Positions 38,148 through 52,314 of a DNA stretch of 64,000 bases are shown here, piece by piece. The notes under the pieces are model-generated. The model made no database searches. It saw nothing but the letters and a program-made list of their open reading frames with translations, and was not told where the DNA came from. Numbering within the stretch: position 1 is the stretch's first letter; each line of letters starts with the position of its first letter. Made by a program: the position numbers and the translations under genes. Source of the stretch: Takakia lepidozioides (lineage: Eukaryota; Plantae; Bryophyta); assembly GCA_030704615.1 (NCBI GenBank), contig CM060734.1, positions 37,014,001 to 37,078,000 on the forward strand, given 5' to 3'.

Positions 38148-38577
38148 CCATGCCATACCATCCAGGAACATTTCCTCTCAGCCCATTTATCCACATGTAT
38201 TAGCCCTCGCTCTCTTTCTGCTAGAGGAGCAGTCTGAAATCAACCTCACAATTCCTAAATAGTGGACATAAATCCACATTCAATTCCCATGGCAATTTGG
38301 GTCTAGTCTCATATATCCTGGTGGACTAAAACCTCGCAGTCAGCTCTAGGGGTGTTATTGGGAATAGAGCCTTAAATGGTACATCAGAGATGCAAAGAGC
38401 CGGTCAAAGGCATTGATTCATGCTACAAGCAGGCCATTTAGCAGGGGATTATTTGTTGGCATAGTACCAAAGATACAATTGACAGAAGGACACCTCTGGC
38501 CTAAGTTCAAAGGAAACAAAATTATCATTTGCCACCAGCTGAGAACCAACTCACAAATAAGGGAGGAGTTGGGGGTC

Positions 38578-40652
<2,075 letters not shown>

Positions 40653-41024
40653 TTACCTAATCTACTCATTTAGGGTTACGGGTTGAGTAGAAGCCCATGT
40701 TAAGTTCAAGGTCTTTCATCACCTAATCTAGTCGAATTGAGTAGTACAAGTGGTGTCAAATGGAGGCCCATACTTGGGCATCTGCTTACCAGCACAACAA
40801 CAACCACCTTCCAGAATTTCTGAAGTCCAAACCCATCACCCCATGGTCTTTGCTACTATGCATCGTCACTGGCTAAAATCCTCGACCTCCTAACCTACTG
40901 GAGGAAATTGACAGTACTCAGCTGCCAAAACTTACTGACCTGGGACCTCGTCAGGCATGAATCGAAGCAATGATCCTGGAGAACGGGCAACATTGCGCAT
41001 GTTCCAGGCGTTGTTGGCTAGCAA

Positions 41025-41830
41025 ACAGGCTGAAATAAGTCAAAGAAGAAGGTGCCCTCACCACATTGTCCTCGACCTTGTGTCAGGACCCATGGGGGAT
41101 TTGACTGACCATGAACCCAAGAGGACCTCTTGTGTGTGCTGCCGTGTCTGTAGTCAGGCAATGTCAGATTGGTCTGCGAGAACCACCACGATGCAGCTGA
41201 GCGGGCAGAGATTGAAACACGGCTTGCTAAGACCAAGCTGACTCTCCCAAGAACCTTGTAAACATCAGGAAGAATATCAAATCATGGTACTAACAGGAGC
41301 CAACAGCCCACATTTGCACTATGGACAAACTTCTTCACATCGTACATTAAGAAAAAGCCACACTTTGTGATTGCGGTTGTCGCACCATCGTGAAGGATCT
41401 TTAAAAAACTCATGCCAACTCTGCTCCGTGCTGCAAATTCAGGGCGAAGTCAGATGAGAGGGAAAAACAGGCTGAAATATGTCGAAGAAGAAGGTGCCCT
41501 CACCACATTGTCCTCGACCTTGTGTCATGACCCATGGAGGATTTGACTGACCATGAACCCAAACGGACCTCTTATGTGTGCTGCTTGTGTCTGTAGTCCG
41601 GTAATGTCGGATTGGTCCCTGAGAACCACCACAGTGCAGCTGAGCGAGCAGAGATTGAAACACGACCTGTTAAGACCAAGTTGACTCTTCGGAGAACCTT
41701 GTAAACAGCAAGAAGAATACCAAATCATGGTACTAACAGTCGCCAAGAGCCCACAAGATGGACAAACTTCTTCACATCGTACATTGAGAAAAAGCCACAC
41801 CTTGCGATTGTGGTTGTCCATCGTGAAGGT
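41025..41830. repeat. ~440-bp diverged tandem duplication inside CACTA copy 2
   Basis: 41025-41395 resembles 41465-41830 (AAACAGGCTGAAATA..GAAGAAGGTGCCCTCACCACATTGTCCTCGACCTTGTGTCA). Confidence 0.85.
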
Positions 41831-41908
41831 GGCCAGCCGCTTCCCATAGTAGTCGATGGCCACATCGTGCACCACATCTTCATGCCCGGATTCTAGGGTT
41901 TGAGTCCC
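41827..41908 (-). pseudogene. SEC13: Second captured SEC13 fragment
   Basis: GTQTLESGHEDVVHDVAIDYYGKRLAT. Confidence 0.85.
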
Positions 41909-43226
41909 TGTCCGCTCCCTATCCCACCAGCTCCGCTCGTCGTCTCTTATGATCAGATTCGACACTAAAACAAAACAAACATAGCTCCGCCCTGTTCGAC
42001 ATCTCTCATAATCAGACTCGACACTATAAGGAAGCAAACACAGCTCCGTCCTGTTTGTCGTCTCTCACTATCAAACTCGACACAAAGAAAACAAACAGAT
42101 GGAAGGGGAGACAAAAAAACGCTTAGTCCCCTCTACTCATGACTGGATGGATGAATGTAGCGATAGATGGATGGATTTTGGGTTTTCCATCAATACATCC
42201 ATCCATTCATTTGTTTTTTCATTTGTTGGCCACTTTAATTTCATCCATTCATCCAAAATGAATCTTTAAATGAGTTTCACTGTTAGTTCATCCAATGCTG
42301 CCAGCTCAGCGTTTGCATTATCATTCGTTCCTACGTTCATCCAATAGTTGCCAGCAAGGCGTTTGTTGTATCATTCATTCATACGTTCATCCAGTGCACA
42401 AAAGTTATGTTTGATACATTCATCCAATAGTTGCCAGCAAGGCATTTGTGTATCATTCGTTGGGATAATACAGTTGTTTTGTTTCACTAACCTTAACCAG
42501 CAGTCGATTAGTTTACTGTTAATCTGATGGGTCAGTGAACGTATTTCAATGCTACGGTCATGTACACGACTACCTCCCATCCACAGAGCCTCTGCCACGT
42601 GCCACTTTCACCCCTCGTGTTCGCCCATACTCATGCCACGTGCAGTATCCAGAGTGCGCCATGGAAGTCATATGTTCCAGTCATAACGACCACCCCACCC
42701 CCATCCTGCATAATTTGACTCCACGTGTGGACCTGAGATTAAACGTCTGAAGTCATATATGCCAGTCACGAAAGACCCTCCCACTCCATATTGTCATGCC
42801 ACGTGTCATGTCCAGTCTAATCCACGTATTGTCCTGGGGTTAATCTGCGGAAGTCACCCTGTCATGCCACGTGTCATTCCCGGTATTCTCCACGTGCTGT
42901 CCTGGGGTTAATCCGTGGAAGTCATATATGCTAGTCGTGGAGACCCTGTCGCCTTCCCTTTGACGTGACATGTGGCATATCCCTTCCGTTCCACGTGAAG
43001 CTGACATGGATTCGCAGTCATTTACTACGGTCCTATCAATGACTATGATTAGGCGTCCCCGTTGCCACGTCAACAATGAGCTCCACGACTAGCAGATACA
43101 ACTCTATGGCGCTTATGACTCATTTATCACAATTGACTGGGTTTATCTGACCAGGCAGTCATGCAGTCATAAAAGGCTGATACGATTGGAAAATAACAGA
43201 CGTAAAAGCCGGGATCTGTTGTAGTG

Positions 43227-45701
43227 TATAAATCTTGTAAGATCCAAGTCCCGTTTTCAAGCAGGGACTTATATTCCTCTTGCATTGCACAAAGCCACTC
43301 ATTGCGTTCTGGGGATGCAACGGCCTCGTCAACGGTTAGGGGTTCATCAGGGACATTACCAGATATAGTGGCAACATTACATGTGTAGCTCCCTTTTCCA
43401 ACAAGGATCACCCAATCGCCAAAACGGGAGGGGGGGTGGCGAAAGCGAGCATTACGCTCGAGAGTAACTGCTGTGACAGTATTAGTGGCGATAAGTGGGC
43501 CAGAGTGGGCCGCAACGGCGTCAGTAGGATCCTCCTAGGTGGTGAACGTAGTGATGCTGGGTTCACCGGTGATGGCAGCCTCGAGCGCATCAATGCTCGC
43601 TGGCGCCTCGTGGTGAGGCTTAGCATCACCAGAGGTGGTGACATTGGGTGGTGTAAGCCGCTCTGGGCTCTCGGGAATGCCGAGCTCGACAACAAGAGGC
43701 AAGTCTTCCATAAGTGCCACCTCAGCAGGCGCAACATGGGGCAAGGCTCCAGCGCGCACTCCCACTGCTTGAGCTGGCAGATCAAGAGCGACCTGTCACT
43801 CAAGTGAACAATGGAGCTGTCAACGGGTGGGTCATATCGGTCGCCTCCATTCAAATTTAGCTCATCAAAAAGTACATCCCGGCTTTCAATGATGCGACGA
43901 GAAACATTGTCCCACGGCCTGTAGGCTTTACTTGTCTCACTGTAGCCCATGAGTATGTAGTGCTTACTTTTCCGATCCATCTTCTCACGTAACTCAGAAG
44001 GAATATGGACATATGTACTGGAACCAAACACACACACATGGGCTGCTGAAGGTTTGACCCTGTACCACATTTGATAAGGGGTTGTGAAGTTGGGAAGTTG
44101 ACGTGAACCAGTGCGATTGAGTATGTAGACAGCCGTGTGAGCAGCTTCGCCCCAGAAGCGTGGATGGACATCGCTTGCATAGATCATGCTGCGTGCTGAT
44201 TCAATGATGGTGCGGTTGTCTCTTTCAGCTGGCACCCCATTTTCTTCTGGGGTGTAAGCACACGTCACCTCGTGCTTGATATTCTTTGCAGCCAAGAACT
44301 CTTCAAACTGAGTGTTGCAGAACTCCATACCACGATCAGACGTGAGGATCTTTATGGTATGCCCAGTTTCTCGTATCATCTGTCCTAGGAACCGGCGGAG
44401 GCACTCAAGAGTTGCTCTCGCTGTTTTCTCCTTAGTACAGTAGATGATCCGAAAGCCAGAGTGGTCGTCCTTAAATAGGGCAAAATACTTAGCCCCACTT
44501 ACTGTAGGAATGTTGATGGGTCCGCACAAGTCACAGTGGACCAAGTCACCAATCATCTCAGCTTTCTCACGATGATTTTTCCAGGGAAAAGGTGCCCTAT
44601 GACTCTTTCCATATGCACAACCAATGCAAAAGGATGGATTTTGGCTTCTCCCACTGATAATCAGTTCATCAACCAAGTCCTTAGCCTCCATATTCCCCCC
44701 ATATCCCTGATCATCTGATCATGATGAACGTGGCCAAGTCGCAGATGCCAGATATCAATATGCTAGGTGCTATCCTTTTTTGTCTGCACTCCAATCACCT
44801 TGGCCGAGAAAGCACTATGGTTGCTGGATTTGGATGGCAAGATGACAGAGATAAGGAGCCTGTAAATACCACACTCCACAATGCCATGCATTACAACCTC
44901 CCCTCCAGCCATCAAATGACAACCACCTTGGGTGTGAAGTGTATCAATCCCACGCTGAACCCCTTGAGAGGTTGAGAACAAGTTTCGACCCAATTTTGGA
45001 ACGTGAACAACGTCCTTCAACACTCGTGATGCTCTTGCCCGTCGACCCAGGTTCTGAATGCTATGTCACCAACCCCTTGGGCATAGCACCACTCCTCCAA
45101 TTCCTTCTACCGGCTGCTTCTCGCTTGAGATGTCACGATAGGTAGAAAACCACTCTCTGGTTTGAGTCATGTGTTGTGAGCAACAACTGTCAACGTACCA
45201 ATTTTCAGAGCAGGGCCCCAAAGCAGAGGCCATGAAGGCTCGGAAAGTCTTTCCGCCAGATGCTCCCTTTGATTCCTCTTTCTTTGGTTTAGCTTTCTTC
45301 TCCTTGGGACATTCTTTCCCCTAGTGTCCTAGCTCCCCACAATTCCAACATGCAGTAACTTTCTTACGCTCTCCAATCTCCTGCTTGCGCTTTTCTCGTT
45401 GTTCTGGAGTGAGCTGCGGCTTCCCAGATGGTGACCCACCTTTGGGCTTGAAAGTGGCCGCGTAGGCTGTGGCTCCTCCCACCTTGTTGGCACTTCGGTG
45501 ATCAAGATCACACATGCGAGCTTCTTCTCTAATCAGCCTTCCCGTCATGACACTGATGGTTCGCTCTACAGTCGGCACATTCTCCCATGAGGACTGGAAC
45601 GGATCATATGAAGGAGGTAACTGGCTGAGAATCTTGGCCATGACGGTGTTGTCAGTAAAAGTATTGTGCATTTGACGATGCAGGTTTTGGGGTAGAACCA
45701 T
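43227..45701 (-). pseudogene. Copia gag-pol remnant (Gag, protease, GAG-pre-integrase, integrase, RT N-terminus) with stops and frameshifts
   Basis: ORFs 45321-45701, 44763-45023, 43408-44691 and 43127-43411 carry the motifs in Copia order PR-INT-RT. Confidence 0.9.
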
Positions 45702-46731
45702 CGACTACATCCATTAGAGCTCTCATCTGGAATTGCCACATGTGAAAATTTTGAATCTCCTGATGTTTCCCAAGTCTTTGTTGTCAGCCATGCTGCGAAG
45801 ACCATTTCAACTGACCAGAGAACAAAAGAAACTTTAAACTTGCACAAGTTCAGCGACTTGTGGCAGTCTGACTCTCAATTAACGAGAACCCACGAGAAAA
45901 AGAGCTTGCTTGTATACACACAAGCTCGGCAAACTTGTTTTTACTGATAGACACAATGGCCTGTTTCTACTCACAAGCTCAAAATACTTGACTCTTTCAA
46001 GTACGGTGACCTGATCAACTTTCCTACTGTATATGCAGTGCCCAACTATGATGGCAACCAAAAGATAGTAAAAGAATGATGGAATAATCAGACTGACACA
46101 GCTCGCAGGGAAGGGATACGTGGGCCCATAACCTATTTGAGCAAAGCAATCACTAACACAAGAAGCACCTTGACGTAGGAATGATAAAAGGGAATGTATT
46201 AGTTGTAGATCCCAGTTTGCACTACAGAGCAAAAGCCTCCATGATTGCTTCACACACCGACTAACTTACTGCAACTCTTACTGCAACTCTAGCTTCTGTA
46301 CGCACTCTGCACTGAACTGTATATGTGGTCACACCATTGCCAAGCTTGCATACATCTTGGTAGGGATGCTTGCATGTAACTAATCATTCCCTAATGTACC
46401 AAGAACCTATATATATCAAGAACCTGCAACTAACCTCATACCGTATAAGAACCTGAATATATTACCACTACAAAAGTGATAATCATATTGCATGTGTCAT
46501 GGTTTGAGATGTAGACATAATTTTGCCTCGGTTAAAGACATAGCAATTGCAGATTGCTTCTTGCTACACCATTCGCCACCAAAAAAACATAGCCATGTGT
46601 AGAATGACCATTAATCTCTGATCTCTATGCCCTTGCTAGCAGCGTCTCAGATATCATGTGAGTATACTCAAGTAAGCTATTTTTTATAATTTGCCGAAAC
46701 CCAGGTTTCGTTTTGCTTATTTTTGTGGTAT

Positions 46732-46769
<38 letters not shown>
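46732..46769. repeat. Compound (TA)n(GA)n microsatellite
   Basis: Directly visible. Confidence 0.9.
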
Positions 46770-46772
<3 letters not shown>

Positions 46773-47151
46773 GGGAATTATATCAAATTTATTCCATTAT
46801 CTCAAGTTCGTTTAGGAAATTCGAGTTTTGATTATATTATATTATTTGGTATTTTCTTGATATGTCTCATGGCACTATGAGGGTTTTAATTAGTTTTTTT
46901 TCCAATAGTTTCAAGTAAATTTTCACTTAGTTATTTTTTGAAGAATACCAAACTTATCATAGGTCGTAATACAATTGTATTTGTACAATAGATTGTAAAT
47001 ATATTGTACTTGAGCCTTTTCTCTCCTTTTTTTATTTCTAGTTTGGAGAACAGGGGGGAAAGGCCTTGGAGAACTTTATTTAGAATTATTTGAAGGGGAA
47101 AAAACTTAAAACCTGCCTATGTTCATGTTTGTAGTGTCAGTAATCCCTATG

Positions 47152-49425
47152 GAAGAATGAGCACGCAAGCATTCCAGGTCCAGGGAGATAATATCCCGAG
47201 ACTCAGTGCGGGAGCGACTGAGCCAAAAGCTTAGAGCCAAGTTGGCCTTTTGGAGTTCGGCTATATTGTCCATGGCAGGAAGGGCTCTAGTTCTGAATCA
47301 AATTCTTCTTGCGTCAGTTTGGTACCCAGCTTCGGTTTGGTCCCCGGGTTGTAAACTGATTGACAAGATCAAATCCATGATGAAGAACTTTCTGTGGGGA
47401 GCCAACCCGCAACACCCGACCAAACGAGCTCTAGTCTCATGGGCCCAACTGTGTAGACCAAAAAAAGAGGGGGGATTGGGTCTGATAGATCCCTCCTTGC
47501 AAATAACTGCCCTTTTGGCTAAATGGATCCCAAGAGCGCTTTGTTTGGGAGATAGCCCATGGTGTGAGTTAGTAAGGCAGCACATGGTGCTCTCTTGTCC
47601 TCCCAATTCACCTTCTTGGGTCCCCTCGCTCAAATGGCTAGTCCATGGCAATGGAAAGTCTAAAGGCTCGGGCTCGAAGGCATGGAACTCAATATGGGAA
47701 GCTTGGAAAATTCTTAGTCCGCATTTGACTCAAAGAAGAGCAGCCTGTTTTGAAGAGGCAGTCAGGCAGCCCCTGTTTGGTAATGTTAATCTTGACTATG
47801 GGCCTCTGATTACCCTTCACCACTTGGGAAGCCAAGGGCCTCTCTCATGTGGTCAATTCCTAGACCCCTCTTTGCTATCCTCCATGGTCTCTGCTTCGTC
47901 AATCAAACATGGATGGGACCACATCAAGGCATGAGTCTCATATGTCTAGCCACTATTGCAAGGAGGTGGTTGCATGGACACCGATGTTCCCTGTTGGTTT
48001 GGGTGCTCAATGGTTTTACGAATGTGGCTATTTTGGCGTTAGGCTCTTTGGACACGCAATGGCTGGGGCTGCATTTCGCCTCGTCCTATAATGGGATGCT
48101 AACCTACGATGACGCGGGGGATTTGCACAAGGACTTGGCATATAGAATTAGAGTGTTGGACTACACCTCCGGTGCTCCAGACCCCAAGCCTCCCCCAGGT
48201 GACGAGTGCAGTTGGGCCCGTTCAGCATCCCTGCTTTGGTTCCTATGCTTCCCTCTCAACAGGTTGTAATTCGATCCAGGGGAGTGGACTTGGATGGATA
48301 AAAAGAAATCCCCATTTTTGGGATACACTGTTAGAGCAGGCTCTAGGATGCTCCTTGGACAGGCCAATTTCTCGGCGAAATGGGATAGAAAATGGACCTT
48401 CAACCTGCAGCCTTCGGCATGGAACAAGGTTTGGAAAAACATTTGGCTCAAACAACGCTTGGCCAAAATTTGTGCTTTCCTGTGGAAGATTGCCAATAGG
48501 ATCCTTCCAATGGCTGCTTCATTTCTAGATCATGACCAATGTTGCAAGCTTTGTAACAACAATATCCTAGAAACCATGGAGCATGCTCTTGTTGAATGTC
48601 ATATTTATGCTCGAACATGGCGGCTGGTCTCGGGTTTCTACTCTCACTGGGGATCAGTTGCCTAACCTCTCGTCTCCCCTGATGTTACTAAATCTGCACT
48701 CAAATTCTATCTGGAACACTTGCCCAATCTGGGCCTATCTCAGAGCTCACGCACTGTGGAGTTTATGGAAGACTAGATGCAGCTTAGTGTTTGATGGGAG
48801 GTGCCCCAACATCAGATTAGTTCTCTATAAACTATACTCTGATATGATTGCTGAGGGGCATAAGGCATGGGTGTCTCTGCAAACAGCTACCAACAGGTGC
48901 GGGGAGAGAAGACATCGTCAACTACTCGCGGAATTCGACCTCACCTGGGCTAAAGGCAGTCTCCTCTGCACCATGCTCTTTGACACTCGAGTCACTTGGC
49001 ATGATGCCCTTCCCCGGGAATGGCAAGTCGCCAGCTGACTCTGATGCAAACTGGAGGCACCAGAAGCTGCGAGTCTCCAAGTCCAAAGCTCAGCTGTATT
49101 TTGGGGTTTAGAGATTTCATGCTAAGACGCTGGTATATTGATGCTAGTGTTTAGCTCCACTTCCCCACTTTTTTCTTGTCTCCAGGTTTTCATCCTTAAG
49201 CGTGGTAGTTAGAGAAGCAGCTTCTCCTGTGCCATGGTTCTCTTCGACAGTTATGGAGCATTTACTTTCCAGCTTTTCTCCCCCTTCCCTGTGCTACCGG
49301 GTGTTCCCCATGTGATACACTTACACGGTACCCCCTGGAGGTTATTTTTTCCTCCTATCTGTTTTCCTACTTTTTATAATAAAGCTCCCAAGGCCTCCGC
49401 TCCCTGTTTGCCAAAAATAAAAAAA
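47152..49425 (+). mobile_element. 5'-truncated L1-clade LINE (ORF2 C-terminus, zf-RVT, 3' UTR, poly(A))
   Basis: LSMAGRALVLNQIL, NFLWG, VSWAQLCRPKKEGGLGL, FLWK..CKLC..ETMEHALVEC. A-rich tail at 49413-49427. TSD AATCCCTATG at 47142-47151 and 49426-49435. Confidence 0.92.
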
Positions 49426-50231
49426 AATCCCTATGTCTGTCTAATATATTGTTTTCCGTAAAAACATTGGGACCCTATTACTGTGTGTTTTGTTTTGCTG
49501 GCGCCTCCATTTGTGCCTGAGCAGGCACATAAATGGCTTACAAAGTTCTACCAAACCCATGGGGCCATCTTGGGAAATTTGAACCCGTGGACGGTCGTCT
49601 ATACTAACATAACCTATTCCTGATAGCATACCCTATATACGGTGAAATATGATATGGGTTCTATCTCCGTGTCAATGTTGATAACCCTATACCTGTCACG
49701 GGGCCTCTACACGCTCGGTATTGTGGTGCTCACTGGATTCCAGCCCAGAACAAAAACTGTTTGGGCGAATGGGAGGGCGGCGTCAGAGTAGGCGAGACGG
49801 TGTTAATGGGCCTCTCGCACGCTCTTTATTATTGCGTCTGACCGCGGGCAGCGCAGGACATGGGCCTGCCTCTGCCCACGGCTCGCACGCGCCAACCTCT
49901 CTGTGCAAACATTATGGGATAATTCCCCACCAATCCCGGCCCTCCCCTCGTCCATTCTTAAGTATTTTGCAAGGGCAACACACCCCAACTTTATTTGAAT
50001 GATCGCCCTGTCCACCCCTAATAACACCGTGTCAGCACCCATCATGGTCATTGCCTGATTCTTGTACCCAAGAAATCTGACCTTGGAGCTTACCCTAATG
50101 TGTTCTTATCCCCTCATTTATATTAAGAAGACACATGGATGGATGCATCCTAGCCCTGCCTTGGTGCAGCAATCAGCATTCATCCATCCCCTTACTTTAG
50201 AGCAGTGTTTCCTTCATGATTTCAGGTTCTC

Positions 50232-50342
50232 CCTGAGGACTCCTGAGGACTACCTAGTCCCTAGGCAGGGCCAAGGACAAAATGAGGACTCCCTAAAGAC
50301 TCCCTGAGGACCTAGTCCCTAGGCAGGGCCAATGACAAAATG
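50232..50342. repeat. Short diverged tandem repeat (CCTGAGGAC..CTAGTCCCTAGGCAGGGCCAA.GACAAAATG x2)
   Basis: Directly visible duplication. Confidence 0.7.
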
Positions 50343-52314
50343 GTAGAGAGAGATTGGAATGTAGAGTTGTTTTAGTGCATGAAAAGGAAAAAAAGGAGTG
50401 CATGAAGTGGCTTTTCTTTTACTTTACTTTACTTTTCTTTGCAGTGGGTTATTTGTTACTGAGAAAAGACAAGGGTACAATTGTAATTAAATCCAAACAA
50501 TCAGTACAAGTAAAATAAAGTAAAGTAAAGCAAAGAATCAGTAGTGAGAGGGGTACTAGTGTAGTAAATAGATTTGGATGTTTTGCTTGGTATGTAACGA
50601 CAGAAGAGGGAGGTAGTACAGCTTTGGATTAATTGCAAACTTAGTGAGGCTAAGGGAATGTTATGATTGTAGAAAGTGCAGTACTGAGATGCAGGGATGA
50701 GTGATGGGTTGCTAATGGCTTGGGGATAACTCAGATTACCACTCTGCTAATTATGCTTTGAACTGCCCACAGGAGCAGCCGGTCTCCCACCGGTCTCCCA
50801 AGCTCCAGGAGTGTGCAGTGACCGGCATGAAGAGGTAATGTGTGACCGGCTGTGGGTGCAGTGTGTATGAAATGTATGTCTCTTTCTGTCTCTCTCTCTC
50901 TCTCTATCAAGTGTCTTGCTCCTTTGCTATGCAGGCTCGCACACTTCGCTGCAGTGTGAAGGTCCAGTCTGATTGGATCTTGTACCAATCCACACCATAT
51001 CCTTGTCTTTGTCTCCTGTGGGTGCAGTTCCTGTACTGTGCAGTTTGTTTCCTGGCTTTCAATGCAGCTTAGCTGGCGATCTTCCCGGAGGTTCTCTCTC
51101 CACCTTGCCGCTTCATTGGGCATATAGTTGTAGTCGAAGCTCCCTCTCTCTCCAGCAGAGTGAGCTGCACCCACATGAGTTTCCTCCCACATCCTGGAAT
51201 TCTGGTGGACTTTGAGAGATTTTGATCTTGTATGCGACCAATTTTCTGCGAACATCTGACAAGATGGATTTGGAGAGTAGAACATGAGACTGGATCCCGA
51301 GGTGAGGCAGGGAGAATCCGTAGCCCAACTCACTTGTAGATTTATAAGACGAAGACCCTCTTTTCTAAAACCCAGAACCTTCAATATACATATATATAGG
51401 TATACTGCTCAACCTGAAGCCAATTATTCCGGCATCACTCGATTTCTCCTTCTTGTCAAGTTCCTGTCTTGACCTCATGAGTCATGGACATCTTCACTTT
51501 TTATCAGTAACCTTGGCGAGACTATATAACATTGCACCAGATAAAAGAATGTCGAGTAGGACCAGTCATTACTGGAGCAGAAAGATGTGCCTCAGCTCGC
51601 TGCTCATTTGGAAAATACACTCTGTGAGATTAAATATCCTTCAAGTGATTTTACTGTTGCAGGGTGCAATCTCGTGTTATGCGCACATCTCTCGCCTCTT
51701 GTGGACGTCGTAAAGTTTCTTATTCCTTTGTTTCTGGTAACTGTCATCTGGTTTGCTGATTTCCACTGTCCTTGGTTTCCCTCGCAGGCATTTGATCTGT
51801 CGGAGCTGGAGCTAGATGGGATTCATGCTGGCAATCAATACTGGCAAACGCCACCACCAAAACTACAGTCTCCGGTGCAGTCTCCGGAACTGAAGCAGAG
51901 ATTGACAAGTTCGCCATGACTTCTGCTTGCGAAAATTGCCGAAGGCTGTTCCCTTTAAGTTATCATATTACAACCTGATTTCTCTTGTCACGAGATTTCT
52001 TTCCAACCATGGAACCGAGTTCTATCCCATAAACTACAGAAGCGGTGGGTGTTATGCGTGTTCGAAGCAGGTCATTGATTTTAACTACAGTCGAAGGCGT
52101 TGGAGAGGTGATACATGCACAAGGTCAGCGAGGGACCACTAATGACTTGTTCAGGAACTGTAGTCCACTTTTCAGGATTTTGTAGGCCTATACCATAGCC
52201 ATTCTCGGCCTCCACTGCAGCAGACTCCCAAATTTTGATCTCTTTTTGCACCTCTGCTTGAAAGGCAGCTGTTTACTACGGCCCTGCAATCTTTTGTTTC
52301 AAACATTACACAGG

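Noticed and set aside
46466-46472. CACTACA as the left end of another CACTA element
   Set aside because: It is the Copia LTR start (TGTAGTG on the minus strand), followed directly by the AAAGT TSD, and it lacks the ACAGAT extension of the family TIR.
50731-51384. 217-aa minus-strand ORF
   Set aside because: Crosses a CT microsatellite in the probable promoter or 5' UTR of ABCG gene 3 and has no protein-like motif.
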